Below are positions 28,185 to 37,671 of a DNA stretch of 64,000 nucleotides, piece after piece. The notes under the pieces are model-generated. The model was not told where the DNA came from. It did not search any database and worked only from the letters and a program-made list of their open reading frames with translations. Made by a program: the position numbers and the translations under genes. Source of the DNA: Acidimicrobiia bacterium (GTDB lineage: Bacteria > Actinomycetota > Acidimicrobiia > Spongiisociales > ZC4RG35); the NCBI GenBank assembly GCA_035292685.1, contig DATDPP010000079.1:21390-85389 (forward strand). The letters are read 5' to 3'. Numbering within the stretch: the first letter of the stretch is position 1; every line of letters begins with the position of its first letter.

Positions 28185-28287
28185 GTGACATGGCGCCCGA
28201 TTTCGACATTGTCGTGGCCGGGGTCACAACGGCCTGCTGGCCAGCGACTTGACTATTGGCTGAAGACCTGAATAGAGGAGGCCATTG

Positions 28288-28860
28288 ATGCCAAGAATCA
28301 GTTATCGCCCATACGAACAGCTCGACGAGAGATCGCAGGCTTACCTGGATTACGCCCGCGATCACGGTACCCCGCGTCCCGAGAGCCAGGCGGTCAGAGC
28401 CCATGTCCCCGAGGTGCTGCGGGTGTTCACCGAGGCCTGGCGGGCGGCTTTCGAGAACGGGGTGCTGGACAACGCCACCAAGGAGCTGTGCCGGCTGTAC
28501 GTCTCCAAGACAGTTGATTGCGAGTATTGCGGGACCCAGCGATCGGAGCTGGCCCGGGCAGTGGTGGATGAGCCGAAGATCGACGAAATTGTCGACTTCG
28601 AGCGATCCGATCGGTACAGCGAACGGGAGCGAAGTGCGTTGCGTTATGCGCAAGCAATTGCCTGGGATGCCGGCCTTGCCGACGACCGGCTTTGGAAGGA
28701 TCTCCACGAGTATTTCACCGAACCGGAGCTGGTCGAGCTGGGATTTTTCATCGGTCTGACCCTTGGCCAACAACGTTGGATCAAGACCATGGGTCTGGGT
28801 CACCGGGAATATCTGGCTGAAACCGAGGCCGGTCTGGCCCTACCAACTGCGCGAAGCTAG
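28288..28860 (+). CDS. CMD/AhpD-like family protein with a CxxC motif
   Basis: Helical ~190 aa protein; 'VDCEYCGTQR' matches the AhpD-core CxxC pattern. The ribosome-binding site GAGGAGG ends 6 nt before the ATG at 28288. Confidence 0.7.
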   Translation: MPRISYRPYEQLDERSQAYLDYARDHGTPRPESQAVRAHVPEVLRVFTEAWRAAFENGVLDNATKELCRLYVSKTVDCEYCGTQRSELARAVVDEPKIDEIVDFERSDRYSERERSALRYAQAIAWDAGLADDRLWKDLHEYFTEPELVELGFFIGLTLGQQRWIKTMGLGHREYLAETEAGLALPTARS

Positions 28861-28944
28861 CTTGGCCGGCTTTCCACCAATTCCAATCTCGACTGTGATG
28901 GGCCAGACTTGTCACAATCGTTTGCAAGGAAGGCAGGACCGAGA

Positions 28945-29868
28945 ATGTCGGGTATGACGCTTGGCTGGATCGGGGCCGGTCGCATGGGCGCGGCCATGTG
29001 CCTCAGGTTGCTGGATGCAGGCGTCGACCTGAGCGTGTACAACCGAACGCGGGAGAAGGTGGCTCATCTCGGCGCCCTCGGTGCCACCGTGGTGGACACC
29101 CCTGCCAAATTGGCCGATCGCGAGTTGGTCTTCACTATGGTGTCCGATCCGACTGCGTTTCTCGAGGTGACCACGGGACCGGAGGGTCTGTTCTCGGTTC
29201 CGGGCCTCGCCCCCCAGATTCTGATCGATGCCTCGACCGTCTCGGCCGATGCCTCGAAAGAGGTGCGTATGGCTGCCGCTGAACGGGGGTGCCAGTTGCT
29301 GGCCGCTCCGGTGAGTGGTAACCCGAAAGTGGTGAAGTCGGGACGTCTGACTGTGGTCGCCTCCGGCCCCATCCAAGCCTTCGAGAAGGCCCGGCCCTAT
29401 CTCGAGATGTTCGGAGGGGGCGTGTCGTACGTCGGCGAAGGCGATGCGGCGCGTCTGGTCAAGATCTGTCACAACCTGCTGCTAGGGATCGTAAGCCAGA
29501 CCCTGGCGGAGACGGCGACCCTGGCAGAACGGGCGGGAGTCTCCCGGGCCGACTACATGGAGTTCATCAACATGAGCGTCATGGGCTCCACCTTCACTCA
29601 CTACAAGACGCCGGCGATCGTCAAACTCGACTTCACCCCGAGCTTCACTGGGCACCTGCTCCGCAAGGACTTCGAGCTCGGGCTTGAAGCCGGCCGACAG
29701 CACGGAGTACCCCTTCCCACCGCGGCCCTGGTTCACCAGATGATCGTGGCCATGATCGGCCGGGGTTACGGCGACGAGGACTTCATGCGGCTGCTCACGA
29801 TGGAGGCCGAGTCGGCCGGATTGGAGTTGAGGCCCGAAGACGCCGAGGTGAGCGACGGTTTGAGCTAG
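28945..29868 (+). CDS. HIBADH-type NAD(P)-dependent beta-hydroxyacid dehydrogenase
   Basis: 'LGWIGAGRMGAAM' Rossmann motif, 'LLAAPVSGNP' and 'GDAARLVKICHNLL'. Confidence 0.85.
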   Translation: MSGMTLGWIGAGRMGAAMCLRLLDAGVDLSVYNRTREKVAHLGALGATVVDTPAKLADRELVFTMVSDPTAFLEVTTGPEGLFSVPGLAPQILIDASTVSADASKEVRMAAAERGCQLLAAPVSGNPKVVKSGRLTVVASGPIQAFEKARPYLEMFGGGVSYVGEGDAARLVKICHNLLLGIVSQTLAETATLAERAGVSRADYMEFINMSVMGSTFTHYKTPAIVKLDFTPSFTGHLLRKDFELGLEAGRQHGVPLPTAALVHQMIVAMIGRGYGDEDFMRLLTMEAESAGLELRPEDAEVSDGLS

Positions 29869-29916
29869 CCGTGAGCGAGGCATCGACCCTGCCTGCTGCA
29901 AGCTCGCGGCTGTACA

Positions 29917-30825
29917 ATGTCGCGAATCGTAAGGAGGGTGGCTGCGGAAATCGGTTTCATCGGGCTCGGTGACATGGGCCAGGGGGTTGTCCGCAGACTG
30001 CTGGACGCCGGTCATCAGGTAACCGGGTGGAACAGGACGGCAGCCAAGGGCGCCGATCTGATGACGCATGGGATGGCCTGGGCTGACACACCGCGCGGGG
30101 CAGCCGCCGTATCGGAGATCGTGTTCTCAATCGTGACAGACGCCGCGGCCGTACGAGCCGTGGCCCTGGGCGACGATGGTGTGATCGCCGGCCTCTCTTC
30201 CGATTCCGTCTACCTCGACATGAGCACCATCGATCCGGAGGTCAGCCGGGGGATTGCTTCGGAATTCGCGGCGGCCGGGCTCATCATGCTCGACGCGCCG
30301 ATGTCTGGCAGCCCCATCACCTTGGCCCAGGGGACTGCATCGACCATGGTGGGCGGCGATCGCGCCGCCTTCGAACGGGTCGAGTCGGTGCTGTACGACA
30401 TAGGCTCGAAGGTGAGCTACATCGGCGACAGTGGCCAGGCCGTCATGATGAAGATCGCCGTCAACCTGACGCTGATCGTCGAGATGGTTGCTTTCTGCGA
30501 GTCCGTTGCTCTGGCCGAGAAGGCAGGGGTGGCGCGCTCGGTGGCGGTCGATGCGATGCTAAAGAGCGTTGTCGCCTCCCCTGTCATGGGATACAGAGGC
30601 CCCTTTATCCTCGAGGGGAACATGCCAGACAAGCCGCTCGCGGATGTCACTCTTCAGCAGAAGGACATCCTGCTCGCCTTGGAAGTAGCCCGACGTCAGG
30701 GCACACCTGCGCCGCTCGCCGCTGTGTCCAACGAGCTGCTCAATGCTTGCCGCGGTCGCGGGATCGACCACCGGGACTTTGTGACGGTGTTCGACGTTTA
30801 CCACATGCTCAGCGGGATGTCTTGA
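29917..30825 (+). CDS. HIBADH-type NAD(P)-dependent beta-hydroxyacid dehydrogenase
   Basis: 'IGFIGLGDMGQG', 'MLDAPMSGSP' and 'GSGQAVMMKIAVNL'. The start is ambiguous: ATG 29917, or GTG 29938 directly after an AAGGAGG. Confidence 0.85.
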   Translation: MSRIVRRVAAEIGFIGLGDMGQGVVRRLLDAGHQVTGWNRTAAKGADLMTHGMAWADTPRGAAAVSEIVFSIVTDAAAVRAVALGDDGVIAGLSSDSVYLDMSTIDPEVSRGIASEFAAAGLIMLDAPMSGSPITLAQGTASTMVGGDRAAFERVESVLYDIGSKVSYIGDSGQAVMMKIAVNLTLIVEMVAFCESVALAEKAGVARSVAVDAMLKSVVASPVMGYRGPFILEGNMPDKPLADVTLQQKDILLALEVARRQGTPAPLAAVSNELLNACRGRGIDHRDFVTVFDVYHMLSGMS

Positions 30826-31233
30826 TTGGAGCCCTTTCGCACCAACGTCAGCGCCGTGCCTCGGGTACCCGGTCTGCGGTCGGAGGACGGCTGGGTCGAC
30901 ATGCAGGTCCAGTTCCTCATCGACAATGCGACAGCCGGTTCCGCCGATTTCCTGCTCGGTTGGACGGTCCTCCCTCCTGGGGCGCGCCACGACCGCCACC
31001 GACATGGCAACGCCGATGAGTTCTTTCTTGTTCTTGCCGGTGAGGGCATGATCTACACGGACCACGGCACTGAGCCGTCGGGGAGGGGCGACGTGATATT
31101 CACCCCGCGGGGCCACTGGCACGGGTTCGACAACACGAGCGACGCCGATGTGGTGCTGGTGTGGGGTTGGACCGGTGCAGGGTCCCTGGAGGCGGCGGGT
31201 TACGAAACCGAGGCCACCGCGAACCCGTCGTGA
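30826..31233 (+). CDS. Small cupin-fold protein (HxH...E metal motif)
   Basis: 'GARHDRHRHGNADEFFLVLAGEG' and 'GHWHGF', matching cupin motifs 1 and 2. Confidence 0.65.
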   Translation: MEPFRTNVSAVPRVPGLRSEDGWVDMQVQFLIDNATAGSADFLLGWTVLPPGARHDRHRHGNADEFFLVLAGEGMIYTDHGTEPSGRGDVIFTPRGHWHGFDNTSDADVVLVWGWTGAGSLEAAGYETEATANPS

Positions 31234-31925
31234 CGCTGCCCGACTGGAACAACGTTCAGGTGAGGCAGGGCATTCAGCGGATGCTGGCGCTGCGATCCGT
31301 GCGCCTCGCCGGCGGTGAACGGGCGATCGGATGGAAGCTCGCGTTCGGCGCACCGTCATCGCTCGCTCGCTTCGGGCTTTCCGGGCCTTTGCTCGGGTTT
31401 CTCGCCGAAGCCACGACGTTCCCCCCCGGCAGCACGGTGTCATGTGTGGGATGGAGACGTCCGGTGGCAGAGCCTGAGATCGCGGTCCACATCGGCCGCG
31501 ATGTCGAGCCTGGCTCCACCCGCGTGGCCGAGGCCATCGCCGGAGTCGGCGCCGCCATCGAGCTGGCCGATATCCACCCTCCTTCGGAAGACATCGAGGA
31601 GATCCTCGCCGGCAACATCTTTCATCGCGCCGTAATCCTTGGAGCTTCACACCCGGCGCGTGGCGGCGGGACCCGAGACGGCATGCTGGCCCGCGTCACC
31701 CAAGATGGGATCGAAGTGGCCAATACCAGCGACCTCGAGAGGCTCACCGGCGACCTCATCGAGGTGGTTGGTCATGCGGGTTTGTTGCTCGCCGCTGCGG
31801 GTGAGCGGCTCCGGGCCGGGGAGGTGGTGATCACCGGCTCCATCGTCCCGCCGCTGGCCATCGAGCCGGGTCAGGAGGTCGTCTTCGAGTTGACACCGCT
31901 CCCGGCGATTTCGGTGCGGGTGTGA
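31230..31925 (+). CDS. 2-oxopent-4-enoate hydratase / 4-oxalocrotonate decarboxylase-like protein (MhpD/HpcG branch of the FAH fold)
   Basis: 'IGWKLAFG', 'EPEIAV' and 'VITGSIVPPL'. The in-frame GTG at 31230 overlaps the cupin stop (GTGA). Confidence 0.7.
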   Translation: MTLPDWNNVQVRQGIQRMLALRSVRLAGGERAIGWKLAFGAPSSLARFGLSGPLLGFLAEATTFPPGSTVSCVGWRRPVAEPEIAVHIGRDVEPGSTRVAEAIAGVGAAIELADIHPPSEDIEEILAGNIFHRAVILGASHPARGGGTRDGMLARVTQDGIEVANTSDLERLTGDLIEVVGHAGLLLAAAGERLRAGEVVITGSIVPPLAIEPGQEVVFELTPLPAISVRV

Positions 31926-33073
31926 ACGGGGGAATGGTCGAACTCGGCTTTGCACCGTCGGAGGATCCCTTCGTCGTCCAACACGGAGGCTTCTACCGGC
32001 GCTGGTTCTCCATGATCGAGGACATCGAGGAGCTACAGGCAGTCGTGGCCAGTCTGGAGGGGACCACCCAGGACCTTTGGGTGCCTGCCTGGCGGGAGGT
32101 CGGAGAACGACACGAGGCCGAGGGTGACCGCCTCGAAGCCCTGGGCGACGACAGCGGGGGGCGCCACAGCTATCTCCAGGCAAAGACCTATTACTCGATC
32201 GGGCGTTTCCCCGGTGAGATCACCCCCCTCAAACGGGAAGTGAGCGATGACTGTGCCCGCGCTTACCGCAAGGCCTGTCTCCACCTGGACCCCCCGCTAA
32301 AGGTCGTGGAGGTCCCCCATCAGGGAATGGTGGTCAGATCCCACTTCCGTGCCCCTCCGCAAGCGTCGCCAAGCAACCCGGTCCCTGCGGTGTTGATCAT
32401 GTGTGGGGCGGATGTCTTCAAGGAGGACCGGGGGTGGGCCGGGGAGATGGCCTTGGACGACGGGATGGCCTCCTTGGTGATGGACGGCCCGGGTACCGGA
32501 GAGAATCCGTTTCCTTGGGCACCGGAGTCGGTGTCGGCTTGGGAAGCCGCCCTCGACTGGATTGCGCAACAACCAGAGGTCGACGCGGAACGGGTCGGTG
32601 CCTTCGGCATATCGCGGGGCGGTTACTCGGTCATGCAACTCGCCGGAGTTGCCCCAGAGAAAGTGAAGGCGGTGGTGGCCAACGCCGGGCACCCCTTCGG
32701 CTATCGAATGACCGATTCCGAGCTCGAAGAATTCATCGAACACGCCAACCGCCGGGCCGCTTGGGCCTTCGGTGAACCGGGTGGGCCGCCGGCCTTCGCT
32801 CCGACCTCTAGAGAGAAGGAGGACGAGAACTTCGCTCGATGGGCGCTTTCAGAGCTGGGCATCCTGGACAACATCACGATGCCGGTGCTGATGATCAATG
32901 GGAAGCTCGATCACCTGGCTCCGATCGGGAACATCTACTTCATGCTCGAGCATGGGCCACCCACCGGCAAGGAGGCCCGGGTCTATGCCGATGCCGGCCA
33001 TTGCGCCTTCGAGTACTTCGACGACTGGGCACCTGCCACCTTCCGCTGGCTGGCCGAGAAGCTCACCCGCTGA
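31922..33073 (+). CDS. Alpha/beta hydrolase with an N-terminal helical extension (FrsA/DUF1100-like; the group includes C-C bond hydrolases)
   Basis: Nucleophile elbow 'GAFGISRGGY' and 'GKLDHLAP' in a ~380 aa architecture. Confidence 0.65.
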   Translation: MNGGMVELGFAPSEDPFVVQHGGFYRRWFSMIEDIEELQAVVASLEGTTQDLWVPAWREVGERHEAEGDRLEALGDDSGGRHSYLQAKTYYSIGRFPGEITPLKREVSDDCARAYRKACLHLDPPLKVVEVPHQGMVVRSHFRAPPQASPSNPVPAVLIMCGADVFKEDRGWAGEMALDDGMASLVMDGPGTGENPFPWAPESVSAWEAALDWIAQQPEVDAERVGAFGISRGGYSVMQLAGVAPEKVKAVVANAGHPFGYRMTDSELEEFIEHANRRAAWAFGEPGGPPAFAPTSREKEDENFARWALSELGILDNITMPVLMINGKLDHLAPIGNIYFMLEHGPPTGKEARVYADAGHCAFEYFDDWAPATFRWLAEKLTR

Positions 33074-33090
33074 CCCCACGTCAGGGGTCA
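33071..33090 (+). terminator. Short hairpin TGACCCC-acgtca-GGGGTCA overlapping the stop codon of 31922..33073
   Basis: 7-bp stem with no T-tract. Lies in a convergent intergenic region. Confidence 0.25.
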
Positions 33091-33255
33091 GGCATCGAGT
33101 GGGCGGCGACGGCCGCGGGAAGCTCTCGGTCCGTAGGCGGCGAGAAGCTGACCAAGGCGTGGTCGGCTCCTGCGTCGCGATAGGCGCCGACCCTGTCCAC
33201 CGTCTCCGACAGCCGTTCTCCGGGTCAAAGTGCCCTTGATCCTCGTCCCAGGCCC

Positions 33256-34842
33256 TCATAACGAGCCCATGAGGTCGGCCGGATCGCGCCCCAGGTCCTG
33301 GAGGAGGACAATCGCCGCGTTGCGGCCAGGGGCACCGGTGATCGATCCGCCAGGATGAGTCGTCCCTCCGGTTTGGTAAAGGCCCGGGATTGGCATCCGG
33401 TGCTGTGCCCAACCGGGAGCCGGGCGCTGGGCGCCAACGAAGGCTATTCGACGATCCCCCCCGTGGGGCGCACCGTTGACCATGTGCCGGTTTCCTCTCT
33501 CGATGTCGAGGGGAGACTTGACCAGACGGCCCTCGATGACCTCATCTGAGAAGTTGGGGGCGAATCTCTGGACCTGGGCCAATAACCGGTCGGCGTGTGC
33601 CTCCTTGATCTCGTCCCAATGGGCCGGTCCACCGTCAGGGTGGTCGTAACAGTTGAAAGTCACGATCTTCACGGTGTGCCTGCCCTCCGGTGTGCGGCCG
33701 GCGTCGGCCAAGGTGGGCGTTGCCACCAGGACGAATCCCGGGTCCTCGACGAATCTGCCGTCCGAGACCTCGCGCCCAGCGCGTACCTGGTCATCCAGCC
33801 ATCCGGCGAGACCGGCGGATACCGCGGAACGGCCGCCGTCCGACGTGGTGAAGATCGGTGGGGCGGTAGCCGCGAAGTAGCAGGCGAAGAAAGGGACGCC
33901 GGGGTCATATGTCTCGACCCCGTATACGAAGTCCTCGCCCCAGGCATCGGACGGGGCCATGTCGACGAGATGCTTGACGTGAATCGTGGACACGACGGCG
34001 TGCCGTGCCCGATATTCCTCGCCGGCCTCGGTGCGAACCCCGACGCACCGACCATTCTCAAGTACCAGATCCTTCACCGGCTCGTCGCAGCGGATGGTGG
34101 CGCCGTGGTCGTCGAGGAACCCCACGAGAGCATCGATGAGACGGCCAGAGCCGCCCACCGGCAGCGACCAACTTCGCGCCTGCCGGCCACTCACGATCTG
34201 GTAGGCGAGCAGACCGGTTCCTGCCCCGTCGATGGGGACCGCGGTCTGTGACGCCATCCATCCCATGAAGGCGCGGACATGGGCATCGTCGAACTCCTTA
34301 CGGATCACGTCGGTTGCGCTCAGGACCATTCGCCGCATCCATACCCCGCGGCGGGGATGACCTGCCAGCGCTTCCTCGGCGCTCGGCCCATGGCCGACAG
34401 GGCGAAAGCGCGTCGCCCCCACAATCGATTTGACCTCGTCGTACTCGGAAAGAAGCTGCCTGTAGGAGACGGCGTCTTTATCCGAAAACCGGGCGATCTC
34501 CTCGCAGGTACGGTCTAGGTCAAGCCACATCGTGAGAGACTCCCCATCGGGAAAGGCCACATGAGCGACCGGATCGGGATCGACATACGAAAGCCCATAC
34601 TGCGACACGAGGCCTAACTCGTCGTCGCGGATCAGTGGGTTGGCTTGGAGAAGCGTGTGACCGGTGGAGCAAGTGTCGAATCTATACCCGGGGAGCAACA
34701 GCTCCTCGGTGATCGCTCCTCCACCGGGAACCGACCTGGCTTCAAGGATGATGCATTCGTACCCGGCCTTGGCGAGATACGCCGCCGTGACAAGGCTGTT
34801 ATGTCCTCCTCCGGCAACAACAACGTCGGTTGTCGTCGTCAT
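33256..34842 (-). CDS. FAD/NAD(P)-dependent oxidoreductase, phytoene-desaturase (CrtI)-like family
   Basis: 'DVVVAGGGHNSLVTAAYLAKAGYECIILEARSVPGGG' dinucleotide motif in a 528 aa protein. Confidence 0.85.
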   Translation of the reverse strand: MTTTTDVVVAGGGHNSLVTAAYLAKAGYECIILEARSVPGGGAITEELLLPGYRFDTCSTGHTLLQANPLIRDDELGLVSQYGLSYVDPDPVAHVAFPDGESLTMWLDLDRTCEEIARFSDKDAVSYRQLLSEYDEVKSIVGATRFRPVGHGPSAEEALAGHPRRGVWMRRMVLSATDVIRKEFDDAHVRAFMGWMASQTAVPIDGAGTGLLAYQIVSGRQARSWSLPVGGSGRLIDALVGFLDDHGATIRCDEPVKDLVLENGRCVGVRTEAGEEYRARHAVVSTIHVKHLVDMAPSDAWGEDFVYGVETYDPGVPFFACYFAATAPPIFTTSDGGRSAVSAGLAGWLDDQVRAGREVSDGRFVEDPGFVLVATPTLADAGRTPEGRHTVKIVTFNCYDHPDGGPAHWDEIKEAHADRLLAQVQRFAPNFSDEVIEGRLVKSPLDIERGNRHMVNGAPHGGDRRIAFVGAQRPAPGWAQHRMPIPGLYQTGGTTHPGGSITGAPGRNAAIVLLQDLGRDPADLMGSL

Positions 34843-34846
34843 CCCT

Positions 34847-35848
34847 TTACGCCACCCTCATCAGGACCTTCATGGAAGCCGGGTCGTGGACCAACTCGAA
34901 GGCCTTTGCCGCCTCCTCCAACTCGAGCACATGGGTCACGATCGGTTCCAGGCTGAGTGCTCCCCGGGCGGCGAGGGCAACACCGTCTGCATAGTCGCCA
35001 ACCACCGCGGCGCGAGGGTTGTAAAGAGTGAGCTCCTTGTGATAGAGGTGGTAGTAGGGAAGACCCCGATTCCCGGAGGTGAGGGTGCCATAGACCAGGA
35101 CTTCGCCACCAATCGCAGCCAACTCGATCGACTCGGCGAGGGTGGCCTCGGTGCCTACCGCCTCGACGACCAGGTCGGGCCCGCGCCCCTCGGTCAGGTC
35201 GTCCAACACCTGTCTGACTTCGGCAGGAGCCACCGCGGACACTGCGCCACACTCCAGGGCAAGCCGGCGTTTCCACTCGGAGCGGGTGGTGCCGATGACC
35301 GTCACGCCCTCGAGCGTGAGTAACTGGGTGATCAATTGGCCGGCGACCCCGAGACCGATCACGATGGCCACCTGACCCGGAAACGAGTGAACGGTTTTCA
35401 CTGCGTGGATGCAGGTGCCCAGGACTTGGAGCACCCCTGACGCCCGGTCCGACACGATGTCCGGCACCGCGACCACGCGGTTGACGGGAACGGTCGCATA
35501 CTCGGTGAACACCCCGTCGACATCCCGGCCCATGAGACCACCGTTGCGACAAATGTTGAATCTCCCCGCTCGACACAGGTCACACCAACCACAGGCCACT
35601 CCGGGATCAACCAACACCCGGGTGCCGATCGCGTAGGGCGAGCCCGACGGCGCCGAGACGATCTCGCCCACCATCTCATGACCCATGATCCGCGGGTAGT
35701 CGACCGGGATCTTCCCGGCCAGGATCTTGACGTCGGTGCCACAGATCCCAACCTGGTGCGCACGGACCAGTAATCCCGGGTCGTCGTTGGGCTCGGGGAC
35801 GTCCGTCACCTCGATGCCGCCCGGCCCGACGACTCTCACAGCTCTCAC
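34847..35848 (-). CDS. Zinc-dependent medium-chain alcohol/polyol dehydrogenase (MDR family)
   Basis: 'VGICGTDVKILAGK', 'GHEMVGEIV' and 'VIGLGVAGQL'. GTG at 35848 is preceded by AGGAGAG. The ORF-track extension to 36214 overlaps the divergent GntR gene. Confidence 0.85.
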   Translation of the reverse strand: MRAVRVVGPGGIEVTDVPEPNDDPGLLVRAHQVGICGTDVKILAGKIPVDYPRIMGHEMVGEIVSAPSGSPYAIGTRVLVDPGVACGWCDLCRAGRFNICRNGGLMGRDVDGVFTEYATVPVNRVVAVPDIVSDRASGVLQVLGTCIHAVKTVHSFPGQVAIVIGLGVAGQLITQLLTLEGVTVIGTTRSEWKRRLALECGAVSAVAPAEVRQVLDDLTEGRGPDLVVEAVGTEATLAESIELAAIGGEVLVYGTLTSGNRGLPYYHLYHKELTLYNPRAAVVGDYADGVALAARGALSLEPIVTHVLELEEAAKAFELVHDPASMKVLMRVA

Positions 35849-35923
35849 GTCTCTCCTGGGTAGGGAAAGCGGATGGTAAATCACCCGAAGGGGGTAGAAA
35901 CGAGCAGCCTTCGTCGACCTAAG

Positions 35924-36613
35924 ATGCGACGGATGGAGCAGACCCCAGAGCTGAAGATCTCCCCTCCCGAAGGCGGCTTTGCGGCCACCCGTCAGACGAC
36001 ACACGAATACGTGCGCGGGGTGCTTCGTCGGGCGATCCTGAACGGTGAGCTGGCGAGTGGCAGTCGTTTGGTCCAGGCGGAGTTGGCGGCAATGTTGGAG
36101 GTCAGCACCACACCGGTACGCGAGGCTCTCCGCGACCTCGCCACAGAAGGACTGGTCCAGTTCGACCCCCATCGGGGTGCGATCGTGTCCGAGCTCAGCT
36201 CCGAGGATGTACACGACATTTACGCGATCCGGACCGTGCTCGAGCCGTTGGCGATGCGTCAGGCAGTTTCCAAGGTGAGTGACACCTTGTTGGAGCGATT
36301 GCGCCGGCTACATCAGCGGATGCTCGACGAGCCTTATTCCGTAGAGTGGGTGGACCGCAATCGGGTGTTCCACATGGCGATCTACGAAACAGCTGCCTCG
36401 CCGCGGCTGGCCGGCATCATCCGAAACCTCCAGGACGCGTCGGTGATGTACATCGGGGCATCCCTCACGAGCAACCCAGAACTGCGGGCGGAGGCGAACC
36501 ACGGCCATGCCGAGATACTCGATGCCTTGGAGCATCGCGATGCCGAAGCCGCGGTAAAGGCGTTGACGGAGCACCTCAAGACCTCGATCACGGCCTACGA
36601 CAACTCTCACTGA
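35924..36613 (+). CDS. GntR-family transcriptional regulator, FadR/FCD subfamily
   Basis: 'LVQAELAAMLEVSTTPVREALRDLATEGLV' followed by an FCD-like helical domain. The start could be 35873, 35924 or 35933. Confidence 0.85.
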   Translation: MRRMEQTPELKISPPEGGFAATRQTTHEYVRGVLRRAILNGELASGSRLVQAELAAMLEVSTTPVREALRDLATEGLVQFDPHRGAIVSELSSEDVHDIYAIRTVLEPLAMRQAVSKVSDTLLERLRRLHQRMLDEPYSVEWVDRNRVFHMAIYETAASPRLAGIIRNLQDASVMYIGASLTSNPELRAEANHGHAEILDALEHRDAEAAVKALTEHLKTSITAYDNSH

Positions 36614-36622
36614 GCAAGTCCG

Positions 36623-37603
36623 TCAGCCAACGCCGCTCTCGACAACCGGAGGCCCGAATCCCTCCTTGCCCTTCTCGGCGAGGAGGTTGATGGCTACGCC
36701 GATCACCACCAGCACCAAGCCGATGGCGAGGGACACCGTTATCTGCTCACCGAGCAGGATCGCAGAGGAGACCACCCCGACCACCGGAACCGCCATGAGG
36801 GTCAGATTCGTCGAGACTGCCGACAGATTCCGCAGAATCACGATCTGGGCCCAGAATGCGATCCCCGTGGCAAGGACCCCCTGGTAGAGGACGACCAATA
36901 TCAGTTGCGGCGTCCAATGGATCGCCGGGACACCCTCAACGGCCAAGCCCAGGACGACGAGGAGGGCGGTGGCTCCGATCAACTGCCACGGGATGGCTTC
37001 GAGGGGGGTGATAGCCCAGCGATGACGCCTGATGTGCACCGAAGTCGCGGCGTTGGTGATCGCGGCGAGTATCAGGAGCCCGTGGCCGAGAGCCACCCCC
37101 CGGTTGTCCCAGTCGAAACTCCACGGCTCGAAAACCACGATGACCCCGGCGATGCCGAGAAGGAGGCCAACCCATCTCCGCCCGCTCATCCGCTCGCCGA
37201 GGAAGATGGCAGCTATCGGAACCGTCCACAAACTCGTGGTCCACACCACTACCGACGACCTGCCGGGTGGCACCAGTTGGAGCGCGGTGAAGACGAGGAC
37301 GAAAACAGCGGCAAGGCGAAATACCGCCAGGGAAATCAATATCGGGAGGTCGGCGCGCAGCGGCAAGGCAAGCTTGCCTCTCACCACACCGATGGTGATC
37401 ACCACGATCGCCGCGCCAGCCACTCTGAAGGCCCCCATCCAAAGAGGTGTGATCGCCTGGATGCCAGTGGCCATCACGGGCCAGTTGAGACCAAGCACGA
37501 GAACGACTGTCACCAGGAGGGTGTAGATGCCCAGCCGGGTCGGCCGGCCTTCTCCGTGTGCTCGACCACGGGACCAAAAGAGATCCTTGACCGGGCGGCT
37601 CAT
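36623..37603 (-). CDS. DMT-superfamily (EamA-like) transporter
   Basis: About ten hydrophobic helices arranged as two EamA-like halves. Confidence 0.8.
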   Translation of the reverse strand: MSRPVKDLFWSRGRAHGEGRPTRLGIYTLLVTVVLVLGLNWPVMATGIQAITPLWMGAFRVAGAAIVVITIGVVRGKLALPLRADLPILISLAVFRLAAVFVLVFTALQLVPPGRSSVVVWTTSLWTVPIAAIFLGERMSGRRWVGLLLGIAGVIVVFEPWSFDWDNRGVALGHGLLILAAITNAATSVHIRRHRWAITPLEAIPWQLIGATALLVVLGLAVEGVPAIHWTPQLILVVLYQGVLATGIAFWAQIVILRNLSAVSTNLTLMAVPVVGVVSSAILLGEQITVSLAIGLVLVVIGVAINLLAEKGKEGFGPPVVESGVG

Positions 37604-37622
37604 GTCAGATATCCCGCAGGAC
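37604..37622. promoter_or_regulatory. Motif-1 site (weak): GTCAGATATCCCGCAGGAC
   Basis: 12/19 match to site C, including GCAGGA. Lies in the divergent gap between the DMT gene (37603) and the amidohydrolase (37672). Confidence 0.35.
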
Positions 37623-37671
37623 GCGGTCCGGTTAGGGTGCCCGCAGCCAACCGACGGAGGCGACCGTCACG

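Noticed and set aside
29911-29929. TGTACAATGTCGCGAATCG upstream of or overlapping the second HIBADH gene, as a fifth motif-2 site.
   Set aside because: It shares only GTACAAT and GAAT with sites G and H, the alignment needs gaps, and it overlaps the candidate ATG at 29917. That is too weak to call. It may simply be a TACAAT -10 element.
33074-33255. 182-bp convergent intergenic region examined for a small RNA or small ORF.
   Set aside because: It contains only a short 7-bp hairpin at the upstream stop codon. There is no promoter-like AT-rich element, no conserved motif shared with other gaps, and no ORF with a plausible start.
35875-35885. GGTAAATCACC (GGT-N5-ACC), a FadR-like half-palindrome upstream of the second GntR gene, as its operator.
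   Set aside because: It is a single short 8/11 palindrome with no second copy in the window, and it overlaps one of the possible start codons. The evidence is insufficient.
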